Shown piece by piece: positions 49,690 through 62,600 of a stretch of 64,000 bases of DNA. Each line of letters starts with the position of its first letter. Position 1 is the stretch's first letter. Source of the DNA: Strigamia acuminata (Eukaryota); NCBI GenBank assembly GCA_949358305.1, contig OX442314.1, forward strand, positions 22,754,001 to 22,818,000. The letters are read 5' to 3'. The notes beneath the pieces are model-generated. The model was not told where the DNA came from. It saw nothing but the letters and a program-made list of their open reading frames with translations, and did not search any database. The translations under genes were made by a program, and so were the position numbers.

Positions 49690-49780
49690 ATACAATGGAC
49701 CAAAGGGGAAGGGAGTGACTAGACTGCGACAGCTGCCGCCGGCTCCCCCCGGGCAGGGGTCCTCCAACGACGGGTATTGA
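49690..49780 (+). CDS. Candidate distal alternative last coding exon of ELAV, (R)YNGPKGKGVTRLRQLPPAPPGQGSSNDGY-stop
   Basis: Strong acceptor cttctcttctgcAG and a GC-rich island. The longest open frame is phase 2, as required by the hinge donors. AATAAA at 49949. Confidence 0.35.
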
Positions 49781-52700
49781 TCCGTGGTGGGACGTGTGAA
49801 ATCGAGTAGCGTGCTGCCATTGTGGCACGCGCTTTGCTCGCAGCCCCAATCAATGCTTGAAAACGGGGGCCATTGCTCCATATGAACGAAGCTTCTTTTC
49901 CCTTTATTATTATTATTATTATTTTTTTCTGATTTATTTCCGACTTAAAATAAAAGCGTATTTGTTTTAGTAAAAAGAAAAAAAGACTGTGTTTTTATTA
50001 TTATTATTTTTATTTTTCGTGTTGTGAGCGAGAAAAAGAGGGAAAAAACGGAAAACACACCCTGAAATGCGGCTTTGTTGCACTACCGTGTTATATTGGT
50101 GTGAAGCAACAACATAGGGGGTTGGGTTTTCATTCATTTGATCTGTCGTCATGGTAACGGGTGCGGGATTCCGTGTTATTAAACCTGGCAATCAGTGAGC
50201 TTTTATTTTTAAACTCGGCCATTTTCATTCCTTATATCGCCATGGTAACAGCCTTGGGATTTTGTTAACTCAACAACAGAAGTTGGAAAATATTGTTTCC
50301 ATCAATTATGATTTTTTTTTTATTTATTTATTGCCAATTCCGTCTTAAAACGGCGAAAATTAAAGCACGAAACGAAATCATGACTGGAGTATTTTTGGTT
50401 TTATTATAAAAAAAAAATATATATATTTAAAATTAATATTATTATTATTATTTTTTTTTTTTTGGGTTTGGTCGGGGGGATTATTTACGACCCCGATTTT
50501 CTTGCTCTCTCCATTTCTTCGTTTCCTTTGTTTTTATTACTCGCGATGATGATGGAAAATTTTTTATTGCGTGTTAGAGTAGAACAAGTGTGGCGGTGTT
50601 GGGTAAACACCCCTCTTCACCACTTTCACCTCATCTCACCTCACCTTAATTCAAATGTATTGATTGGTGTCAATCTCTTTAGAAAGAACAATCAAAATCG
50701 GAACAGGATTTAAGCGTTAAACCTGTTTGGAAATAATTTGCACTGCTCGAATAATCTCATTTTGGTCTTTTACTCTCTTCTCCCTCCTCACTCCCTCGCC
50801 ACTCCTCCTCCTCCTCCTCCTCCTCCCACTTTCTCTTTTCTCTCCCATCTTTTACTTTAATACGTCAACAAGGCAAAGCCATTATGACGTCATAGCAATT
50901 TGTTGCAGGGCAATGGCGTCTGTTATTATGCCATTGGCTTAATTACACTTTTGTTGTCATGGAAACGGATAGTGCTAAAATTAGTGGCACGCTATAAAAA
51001 GGTGAGACCACAACAAACCTACCCAAATAGCTAAAAAAAAACACTTGGGAGTTTGAATAAAATATTAAAATGGCGGGAGGAAAAACAAAATGGACGCTTG
51101 AACGAGAATTATTGATTGAGTAGAACTAGAATGATTGTCGTTTGTGGGTTATTTAAATGAAAAAGGAAAGAAAGAATTGCGGAAACGTGAGATTTGGTTT
51201 CGAGTTTGATACGAATCGAATTGTATTCGACTACGGCGCCAGACCCGATCCCAGAAGCCAACGCTGAGATGAGGGTTTTGCTGGCTGCCTGGCTGCCTTG
51301 GAAACAGACAGCGTGGAGCCGTAAATAATCAGGCAGCACGAGCACACGAGACGCCCACACAGACGCTCGATACATGGGATTGCGCTTGCGCACCAAACCA
51401 AACTCAGCCCCTCGTGTCAGGGCCAGATAAGCATCTGCACTATTGTTGATTATCGACTGCTTTCGCCTGGTTTCGTTAATTTTTTTTATTGCTGTTCACA
51501 TTTTGTTTTTGTTTCCTGTTTTAATAACTTCCTCGGTGTTTAGGGTTAATTGAAAGAATAAATTTGAAAAAAAATTATGGAGATTAAAAATCGTTTTGGT
51601 TTTTTTGGTTTTTTTTTTTGATTTTTCTGTAGAAAAATGTTGAGAAATTTTGTAAACAAGGCAATTAAAAGTGGTTTGGGATTTTGTAAAATTTTATTGC
51701 TGAACACAATGCTTAGTGGTTTTTTTTTGGTGATATCTAAGCACGGTTTGAACAATGTGTTTCTTTCACCTCTCGCAAGTGCGCCCTCAAGGGGCGAGTA
51801 GATAAGACAGCGAGACGCGGTTGGTTCCAAAACGTGATACTTTTTTTTCTTTTTTTTTTTTTCTCTTTTTTTTATAGGCTGCCATTTCTCACTGAAAAAT
51901 ATGGCCCCGTGGTTCCAGCAACTCACAGTTCCCAAAGGAAAATGGCGACAGGAATGAAAAAAATATAAAAGGAAAAAAAAAATTCGGGGGAAAAAATGAT
52001 TTGTTTTTATTTTATTTTGTTTTATTTTTTTTTATTTTTTATTTTTTTTTTTATTTTTTAGTGGATGAAAAAAGATGGAGATTTATGATTTTTGTTTTGT
52101 TTTTGTTTTACGGAATTGATTTTGCGTTTTTTTTTTTTTTTTATGTTTATGATTTTTATATGTAAAACCGGGAGGAAGGGGGTTTCAAAAGGAATACGGT
52201 ATTTGTCGTTTGTGTAATTTTGTGAGTTTTCTGTAGTTTGAATATTAATGATGAAACTTTTATGCTTAGTACCGTTTTTCAGATTGAATTCCAAGTTAAT
52301 TAAATTGAATTTTTTGGTTTTATTTCTCAAGGGAAAAATAATCTGAGTTTTCAAGTTTAAAAAAAATTTTTAAAAAAAAATCTAAAAAAAAAAATATTTT
52401 CTCAAATTTATTTTATTCTATTTGTTTTTTGATTTCTTAGACATAAATAAAAATAAAAATTTTAAAAAAAAAATAATAATAAAAAGTAATAAAACTGAAA
52501 AATTGAAAGAATGATGAAGGGTAAAGAAAAAAAAAGAAAAAGTTGAAGAATTTTGACACGTAATCAATTTTTTTTTCCTTCAAATTTTTATATTAAACTT
52601 TAAACTGATATTGTTATTTTTCACAACACTCTGTATAGTGACAATAGATTTAAACTATTGTTTCCCACTCACTGTTGATCTGTTTTCTGTTCTGTCAGAT

Positions 52701-55700
52701 CATTGGTTCGACAGTCTTGTTTGAAATTTCCAATCGTTTGTCCCTTTATTTACAAAATTAGTTAATAAAAATACAAATTTAAATCATTGTCACGTCAACT
52801 TATCTGTAGTAAATGTTAAGAATTAATTGACTAATTTTCAGCCACGTATCTTTTTTCGACCGCCATACTGACGTTTCGGTAGAACGGCCAATTGTCATTA
52901 TTGTAACCTCGATTTGAAGCAAATGTAGAATTATTAGACCTATTAAATAACCTTTTTTTTGTCTCAAAATATACTTCTTTTGTATTACGCACCGGTAACC
53001 GAACATTGCTCTACGAAATCTAAAATAAGAATTTTAGTATTTTAAGTTCTAACTTGGGTTTTAAACAGGAAATGATGTCATTTTTGTTTTAAAATTGAAG
53101 TAAAACACAAAATATTTTAGTTTTTGAACGCAACTAGTATAATCTTTGCGTGTTGGACCACCATTTTGAGAAGAGTTATTTTTCCCTCAGAATTAGCGGC
53201 CAAGATATCAAATGACTTAGACAGTTGTTATAGTACAGAAGTAGACGTTTCTCTAATGAAATTACTTGCTGTGGAAGCACTAGTTGGTGTTTTAACTTTA
53301 CCTGTGCGCAATTGTCTAAATGCATTACATTTAGGGAGATAAAAGAATGAGAGTAAACTGTGAGAATTGCTGTCACCCGTATTTGCATTTTGGTTGTGCG
53401 GCCTAAATGGGAGCGTCAGAGCGAATAAACGTGGAGAAAAGTCGAAATGTATAGAAAACGGATTGATCATGTGTGTGTACGTGTGGATAGAAGTCGGGCG
53501 AATTGCGAATTTGATTCGAGTCGTTGTCTCGAGAAAAGGCAACATCCTAATCACCTATAAGAAATATCTGGATCATTATCTCGAATGACGCATCGGAATG
53601 CGCATGCTTAGTGACATCGCACGTGCAATAATAGCTAATGGGGAGTGTTATTGGCAGCGAATGGAAGTTTCATCGAGACAGCTGGCCAATTAGATGAGTC
53701 TGCTGTTGATAGTTTGTAGCAACTAGCAATATCGACCCGAGAGAAAACAGCGATTGAACGTCGTCGATATTCGGGACATATATTTTTGCCTCTCTAGTCT
53801 CTACCCATCTGCTAATTAAACTTTGAACAGCTGTCGCTTGGCAACCACCCCCAATAACCCGTTATAGCCTCACAGGGACCTCAGAGCTCCGGAGCAGTGA
53901 ATGGAAATGGTTGCAGACTCAGCATCAATGACGGCAGCGCGTGTTGTTTCAATACGAGCTAAACAATGGAATTGAAAGAAAGAAAGAAAAAAATAATGCA
54001 GTTGTATTATAGACGATCGCTTTATAGTGTCTGGTTTATAAAGAGAGAAGGGGAATTGGGATTTGGGGAGTCATGGGTCCTACACACGGTTAATGAGATG
54101 AAAGTCTTTATTCCTGGACAGCTGGTGGCTTCTGCAGATGGGGATGGGGGTTATGGAATAGACAAACAATGAGTACGCATGCTAGGCAGCTGCGTGTGCG
54201 TTATTGAGCAGTAGTCCGATTCAAAATTTGTCCAGTAGACCTTTTTTTGTCAATTGTTATTGAAATTAACTCTGTAGACAGAAATTTGTTAAATCAATTT
54301 GTCTATTATGTAGTTTTCAATGGTGTGGCTAGGGAAAATAAGTGTTTAGGAGAGAATATTGCGACAGTGGTTTGAGATTCTTCTGGATAGATTTGATTTT
54401 AATTTATTAAATGATCAAAAATTGCCGTTTGTTGTGCGTAGTTTAGTTTAGTTGAGGCCTGTGTAAATATAATTTAAAATTCACTTGATTTGTTTACAAG
54501 TTTTGCGATTTGTTTGTTTTGATTTTAAAATTAGATTAGATTGTTGAAGTAGCGTTTTTAAAAAGTAGAAATCAATTTTTTTTTTTTTACTTTAATTAGC
54601 GTGAAGAGTTAATAGGTTCGAGCGTTAGAAATGGATTGATTTTTCGATTTCACTGGGAAATAAAAGAATTTCTTGTTTTGTTTCAAAATTAATGGGAAAA
54701 AAGAGGAGTCTCGTGGGAGTTTCTTTTTAACAACAACAAATACATTTTTCTTTTTAATCTCTGTTTTTTTTTGTAAGAACCAAATTTTTTTTTCTTCTTT
54801 TATCTATTCTATTTTTTCGTGAAAAAACAAAACCCAAATAACAAACCAAAACAAATTTGGTATTAGAATTTTTGAAAAGTTCTATTTGGTTTAAAAAGAT
54901 AACAATCATATAATTGCGTTTTTCTATTGTTTCACTTACATCACAAAGGTTTACTGTATTAATTTATTAATTAACGGAGAAACCGAGAAGAGTTGGAAAT
55001 TAATTTATACAGAAATGAATCAACGATTTATTCTTATAAATTTAAAAAAAAAAGAAAAATTTTTTGTTTTAAAACAGCAGGGATGACGTTGGGGTGTGAA
55101 GAAATCGATAATACAGATGGAGATTAATTATTAATTTTTTCCATTTGAAAGATAGTGTGTAAAATTCGATGCTTTTTGTTTAACGAACATCCCACTTGGA
55201 TTGCAAAACATCGTCACCGAGGGGCTTCACATATTTGCTATTTTAATAATGGCGATAAAACGCACGCATGCGCACACGACATGTCTCTCTCTTGTTATCA
55301 TCCGCAGCTAGAGATAATCCCATTGTGAACGGAATTTTCCCCCACCGCCACAACCCCGAGACTAGTGCTCGGATCAATGGCCCAGCCTCTCGTCGTCATG
55401 GCAACCAGAAAGATCGTGATGTTCACTTGTCTGCATCTACAGAAACAAACGGGGTAGGACCCACTAAGCGCTCCCAGGGGAGAGCCGACCAACATCAAAT
55501 TGTCGCCATTATGGAAACTACAAATGACAGTTCCCTAGTGGCGACTTTTTGTTCTAATTCTGTTGTGTCTTTTAATTGCTTCTTTGAAAATTGTTTATCT
55601 TTTCTTCTCCTGCTTAAATTTCAAGTCACTTTTCAAAAAAGAAAAAAAAATCAACGTCTTTTTCTTAATGACTAACTTCTTGGAAATTTATTTCTTAATT

Positions 55701-58700
55701 CATTAATTTCACACGTCTAGTTTGAAAGAAATTTCAAGTTAAATATTTACACTTAGATGAGTACTTAATCTCCAAGTTTGGCTTATGATTCAGCTGAACT
55801 CACTTATTTGATGCTAGAGGGCGATTAAACCATAGCAGTCATTCAGTCAATCGACTGACCATAGTTCCCCAGCTCAGTTCCCACAGAGGAAAAGATCTAA
55901 CCGGAAATGATGTCAGTGAATGTGATGAGAATAAACGGGCAGTTCAATTCAGCCCGGATATATTGTCACTGATGTGATTGTCATTGTTAGTATTGATTTT
56001 TTGAATTTTGTTCGAGTACGAGAGACTTTTGATTCATCACATGAAAATGTAAAGAGAATGCAATTTCTTTGTTTTACTTCCTCTTGCGACGTAAAACGTC
56101 GTCGTATTAATTTCATTTAATTCTAAACTGGCGCCCCAAACAAGTGAAATGAATAATACAAATGAAGATCCGTTTAATTTCGTTCATTAATTCAAATTGC
56201 TCGTTTTAAGAAATTTGCCCCGTTTTAATGGGCTTAACAGTGCTAGATCTATAATTGGCTGATACGCGAATGAAATCGAATTGTGTCTGTACTCTGTAGC
56301 AACATCGATAATCTAATTTTATTTGTGCTTCTGGTTTTAGTACAATCCAATTATGTTTCTTGCAGATAATTATGAAATTTAACAGATGCTCTTTTTCGAC
56401 TTTTAGCTTGCTATAGGAAGCTTTTATCCTCATGACCGCTCAACATTTTTATAGATTTTTTTTTCAGTCATTGACTTTTGATAACGCAACACTACATAAA
56501 GATGACCATTTGTTTTTATGTCGTCCAGCCAGACAAAGCCGATATAATTAAAAGACTGCATGCTAGTCTCAGAAACGTAATGCTGGTCATTTGAATGTAA
56601 ATCTTTGGTAATTTTCTAGAATTTTTGCTGGAAGAAAAAATAGGTATCCCATCATTGCTTCGAAAATTCGAAAATTTGGGTCGTTTCTTCGATGTTTATA
56701 ACTTCGAAACGGAATTCTAATCTTCATTTTCTCTCAAATGTTTGTTTCGATTAAAATTAAGTAAAATGTTTACCTGCATGGTTATACCTAATCGAATTAG
56801 CCCTGTTTATCTAATTACCAATTACCGTGATTCAACTTTAGGTTTATTTTTTGTTCTAACCAAAAATAGTGACTTTTATTAATTATCTTAGCTACGGTAG
56901 AGATGAAATTCATCGTATCCAATATCCACGCGTGTTCGTGTTGTACGAGTTCTTCAAAGATCGAGTTCAATAAAGGATTTTTATTTTTATCATAAATGAA
57001 TGTTTATTAGTTAACGTATTCCCAAGTATGTGTTGAAGTCTGACCCTCAACGCAATGTAATTAGGGGCATTTTTACTTCGATTTTTATCAATGTGTGTTT
57101 GGCATCATGCTGTGACATTAACGCAGTGGACATTCGACATTGTATACCCTTTAATTCAGTTTCAGATCTAGCAATAAATCTCGCACAGAGCAAAACATTT
57201 TGCTCGCATATTGTAATGTAATGAAACATATATCAGAAGGGGAAGTGCTGTATATTTTGATGACCATTGCACTTTATACTTCTTCCATGAAATCAGAACA
57301 GCAATGAAAAGTGGAAATTAATATCGACTAATTATAATGAAGCTGAAGCCGAAGCTAAGCAGAAAAGTTAGCTAATTAATTAGCTAGGGTAAGTTTGTTT
57401 TTCAAGCTAGTTTCCTTATTTTAAATGAGGAAATTAGCTTGAAAAACGATGTTTTGAATATTAAATTTCAATTTAAACAATATGTTGTAAGTTAACACAG
57501 AATTTTATATAGGAAGTTTAAAAATGCAAATTTTAAAAATTAATATTTTAAGAATTAAGAGTCTATTGATTGCCAAACCGAGCTGCATTTGGAGGAAACA
57601 ATTAAATAAATAAAAAATATGTTGACTTTGAATGTGATTAATTCGCTGGGAAAAAAATCTGCCAATTACATTTGGAGGAAGAAAAAAATATCACGAGTCG
57701 TGACAAATAAAAGGAAAAGGGAAATTACGTAAATAAGAAAAAAGTAGTTATAGAAATGGTTTCAACAAAATGCGCTTTTGTGGATGAAAATTGCGTACGA
57801 GTAAAAGGTTCTTGTTTCATCAATGCCCCCTATACACTCGAGTTGGTGTTCCCGAGTGGCGGTAAACTTTAATTACGTAGATGGATGTTGCGTATAGGCG
57901 AACACAAAGATTTGCTTTTTTTCTTTCTAATTTAAAGTGGAATTGTAAATTAAAGCTGTTAATTTAATGAGTTTGTCCATTGAAACAAGTTGAGATGAAT
58001 ATTTATACAAGTGGAATAAAAATGTCGCGTTCTAATGTATTATCTTTGTATTATATTAAAAATAATTTCGTTTTTTAAAACATAAAACGAGCAAATGCTG
58101 AATTAATGCTCAAGTTTGCCAAATTTTCCAGCACAGAATTTGAGATAAGAATTTTTTTAAATGTTTATTGATGTTTTTTTTTTTATTAGTTTATTTTTGT
58201 AAATACACAAACAAAATGTCTAGTTTCAAACCCATCAACAAAAACACGAAATTTTGACCTTTTTTTTCCAATAAAAGAGTTCAATTTTGTTTATCTTTTG
58301 CCCACTTAAGAGCTTTGCTGCGCATCACGGAGACAAATTGATCATTTAGTTCCAAAAAACGAGAATTTTAAATTTTACATAATTTTTTTTTAAGTTTGAG
58401 TTTCCACTCACAAAAAAGCAAAATCTTCGCGTAATTAACCGTAGCCTTAAAAAATATCGACACCAGGTGGCGAAATGTGTAGGCCACATTCATATTAGGT
58501 TGCTCGGCAGCTTTGCATACTGTGAATATGGTGCAAATTAAATGTGAAATTTAATTTTAAAACAGAAAAAGAATTATAATTCTTAAAACATGAACGTTGC
58601 ATTTCATTTCGTAACTGCAGCGCCATTTTCTGTTTCCAGATTTCCATAATGACACTATTGATTAAATTCTATTCTATTTCAAGTTTGAAATGTGAAATTT

Positions 58701-60776
58701 GAAACAACACACGCAGGAAACTAAAAACAGATGATATTGAACGAAATGTCAACACTTTTTTATTGGGTAAGAAATGTGTTTGATTGTATATCATCAAACT
58801 TCTTATCTGGTTTGCTTTGAGAAGAACAAACGAAGAGCATCGTCAATATTTGTTTATGTAAAAAAATTCAAATTTTGTTTTTAGTGTGTCGCGATATTTG
58901 CCGTGCCTTCTACAAATTACTTAATCGATATTGATGGACAAAACGATAGAGAGAAAAAAAAATTTCCGTTTGTATTAGGGAAATAAAATCAAACTAGAAA
59001 TAGAGTGGTTAAATTTAAGTTTCCATAGCAACATTCTAGAGTTGATGGTTGCAAGCACTATATTTTTGAGTGACATTTGATTTGGAGAAAGGGGTAATCG
59101 ATAAATGAGGCTCCAACTTGTCTCTTAATGACGTCACATCGTTAAAAAAAATGAAGGTGGTGTGCAAAGGCAGGATATAGAAAGGAATCATCTCCAAAAG
59201 GGTGGAGTTTAAATTGAAAAGCATTTTCTTTTTGCTAAAAGTAAACTGAAATCAATCGATTCAGTTGGAACATTGACCCGTCATGTGAACACAGTCATTA
59301 AAAGAATTCCGCGAATATTGTTTTCCTTTTCGTGAGCTTCGATTGAAAATTGGAGGGAAGTTTGTTTATAATCGTTAAATGTGCCACTATAGTTTCTCGT
59401 TTTAAATGTCGATATTAATTCTTTTTATAGCGGCAAAAGTGTTAAATCGAGCGGGAAAATAGTTACGTTTTTGTAATTAAGCGAGGGAGAAAAAACAAGT
59501 GGAAGAATTTTGAGATTTTACAACAACAAAACAAATTAATAAATTTAATAAAAATGAAAATTACATTTTGCAAAAGTTAAACAAAAAATAACAATTCAGA
59601 ACTAGTTGAAGGCTAAATGAGAATTTAAGTGACATATTTTCTTGTTTTTAAAAACTTATTTTTCCCAAACCCAAAAAAAACTTGAATTCAATTTTCAAGT
59701 ATCTGTTTTCACCACCGGGTGGCACTTCTTTCATATTCAGCCATTTTTTTTTATGCCAACCAACTTCATCTTACAATATACCACCGAAGGAATGTGGATT
59801 GAGAAAATGGAGTTGAATGACAGACACTTATTGATTTTCAGTTTGCAAAATTTTCTGATTAGGCTCCATCTTTGCAAGCCCCAAGCTACAAAAAGAGCAT
59901 TTTTTGCTCTTCCCCAGGAAAAAAAAAAATCCTGCCATCTTGTGACAATTCATTAACGTAACTCCACTTCCATATCACGTTCCCATACGGGTAGTTTTCT
60001 ACAATGCGGGTACAAATATTGGCCAACCCGCGGCACATCGCAAAATTAATTCTTCTCTTTTTTATCGTTAGAAATCTAATTCCTTTTCTGCTGGGGTTTC
60101 TGTTTTGTGCACTCAAATGTTCCAATTTAGTTCTGCAGTAAATGATAAAGTGACGTATCAAACGGAGACAGAAATCGGTGAGTTTTGTTTTTAAAATAAA
60201 TGGTGAGTTAGAAGAATCAACTGGCGAATTAAAATTTCAAATTCTGTTAAGTAATGAAGCAATACATTAATTGTATGAGGTAACAAATAAATGATGTTAC
60301 GTATGACTTGTCCAATTAATTAGTATAAATTCAGTACTTTAAAGTAAAAAAAAAAAAAACCCTTAAGAGGGGTAGTTGCCTCCTTGACCACTAGTCCAAT
60401 CTTTTATTGACCGGACCAGAGGGAAATTTGAAATAAGTAAATATGCAAGATGTAAAATGTTTATTGTTATCAATACATGAAAAATACATGAAAAAAAACA
60501 ACAACAGAAATTTCATTTATTTAAATAACAAATAATTATTTATTGCATAAACAGGGTGGGTTTATTTTAATGCATAGACACGGTTGGGAGAATGACACCA
60601 TTTATTTGTTATCATGCAATTAATATTTTCTTTCATTACTTAGCAAAATTTGAAATTATATAACATCAAATGAATGTTGTTACTTATGGCATTTCATAGC
60701 TACTTAACTCAGTTGTAGAAAATTCTTCAGATAGTTCATCAATTAGTTTATTACAATGTTTGAAAAACATCTATGC

Positions 60777-61028
60777 CAGTGGTCGGCAACAGGCGGACCG
60801 CGGTCCGAATACATTCCCCGGAAGATTGAAACTTGGACCGCCAAAGGTGTAGCGTGTAATTTTTCGCATTAATTTTTAAGAACACCTACCTATTGTGTTT
60901 TATATAATTACTTAAATGAATCAAAAAAAAATTAAAAACTAGTAAGTATTATGAGTTTTTTTTTCTGGACCTCGATAAAAATTTTCAATAGTATCCGGAC
61001 CCCACTTAAAATTACTTGCCGACCCCTG
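60777..61028. mobile_element. hAT-type MITE (252 bp)
   Basis: TIRs CAGTGGTCGGCAA / TTGCCGACCCCTG and an 8-bp TSD ATCTATGC / ATCTGTGC (7 of 8 match). Confidence 0.88.
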
Positions 61029-61079
61029 ATCTGTGCAGTAGATCAATCTGCCGATTTTCAGACACTATGTGTGAAAGGC

Positions 61080-62600
61080 TCACACATCCGCCGATCTGCT
61101 GACTAAATTAAATACAAGACGAGGATCCCAACTGTTTATGGTGAGTTTGTGATCAACATTATTCCATTCAAAGGCAAAAGAACCCGACCTCCATGACAAA
61201 TATGTGAATATTTAGATTGTGGAGGCCGAAACCTCGCGTCTTTTTTGGAAACTAAAAATAAAAAAAACTAATGATTCCTCTCGTGATGTGGTTTACAGGA
61301 TAGGTGGCCCTTCAAATACCATTTCCTGGACCCCTTCAACTATAAGGAGGACACCTCGTTGGATAGGATTGGTGCTGAGAAGGGAGATTGAACCGGAGAG
61401 GATTCCAAGTCTATTTTATAACTCCACACTGTTTCGAGTACCCAGGGGTCCTAAAAAAGCAATTCACAATTCTTTAAGCAAAGCAGTAAGTGACCTGAAG
61501 GGAGAACTGATCCGTCAAAAAAGATATTTGCAAGGAAAGAAGTATATCCCGCCCTGGTTCAAGCTGTGTGGTATTGCAGGTAATGTCATCAACGTCAATC
61601 TCACCCGACTTGTTGTTTCCTTGACTTTTGTTAAAACCTAGTCCTCGAACGGCTTATTTCTTGAACATGTTTTATTTATAGTTCGAGTACATCTGGACGG
61701 TTAGTGTCGATTGTCGAAGGCCTCGTTCAATCCATCATAAAAACTCGGTTTATAAAGATGTTGTTTGTCGAAGCACAGACCTAAATACACATGACTGCGA
61801 ACTGAGGGATTGTGGATAAGAAGCGTATGTTTATAGTTAGTGGTAACACTAAATTCTTTTTTCTTCCTGTCAATGTTATGGCTGCCTGAAATCAACACAG
61901 ACACAAAATTTCCGAATGATGGTTAGCAAATACTGCGTGGTTTTGCATTGTGAGACGTCAGAATCCAGATCTATTTATTTAAATATAACTAAGAAACAAA
62001 ATGCAAAAAACGAGAAAATGAGGGAACAAAGAGGGAAAAACAAGAGAAGAACGAAAAATAGGATTGAAATTGGTGGAGTAAGACGCGAAACAGGAAGTTG
62101 GAAAGCATTCATGACATCACTCATCCCAACAATGCCTCCTCTTCTCACAAGCTGGGCACCATTTGCAGTGCGCAGTCCAGTAGTATTTAAGTCCTCAATT
62201 CCTCAATTCTCTGGCTTTAGCTCTAGCCCGATCTACCGTAAAATTTCATCCAATTGTTTCTTTAAAGAAAAAAGATATTTACTGTAGGAACAGAAACTCA
62301 CTGAACATCTTCGAAAGCCTATTTTCGAACAAGTAATTGTGATGGCTATCCCTGAAACCTCTTGCAATATTCGAGTTGCGATTAGAGAGGAAAGAAAGGA
62401 CGTTATATTGCCTTTCTTTCGTTGTTCAATCTGGTAGTCTGGACTTACAATAGGATGGCTTGCATGGCTGTCGAGGCTTCAAGATTTAGAGAGCGAGTTA
62501 TTGGAAAATTCGTGGTCAAAGACCTTTAGCAGCAATAGATCCTGAACGGATGTTAATTGCTCTCATTTGGCACCATCTTCTTAACCCTCGGGTGAGCTTG
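61080..62600 (-). mobile_element. Probable highly decayed non-LTR retrotransposon (RT end / RNase H remnants)
   Basis: Minus-strand peptide scraps in the expected order: LDEILR*IGLELKPE (RT-like), VYLGLCFDKQHLYK (KYLG..FD-like) and NIFFDGSV (RNase H DGS-like). Many stops; boundaries are approximate. Confidence 0.35.

Noticed and set aside
53870..53945. RE1/NRSE-like silencer
   Set aside because: Only a loose resemblance with wrong half-site spacing, and REST is not established in protostomes.
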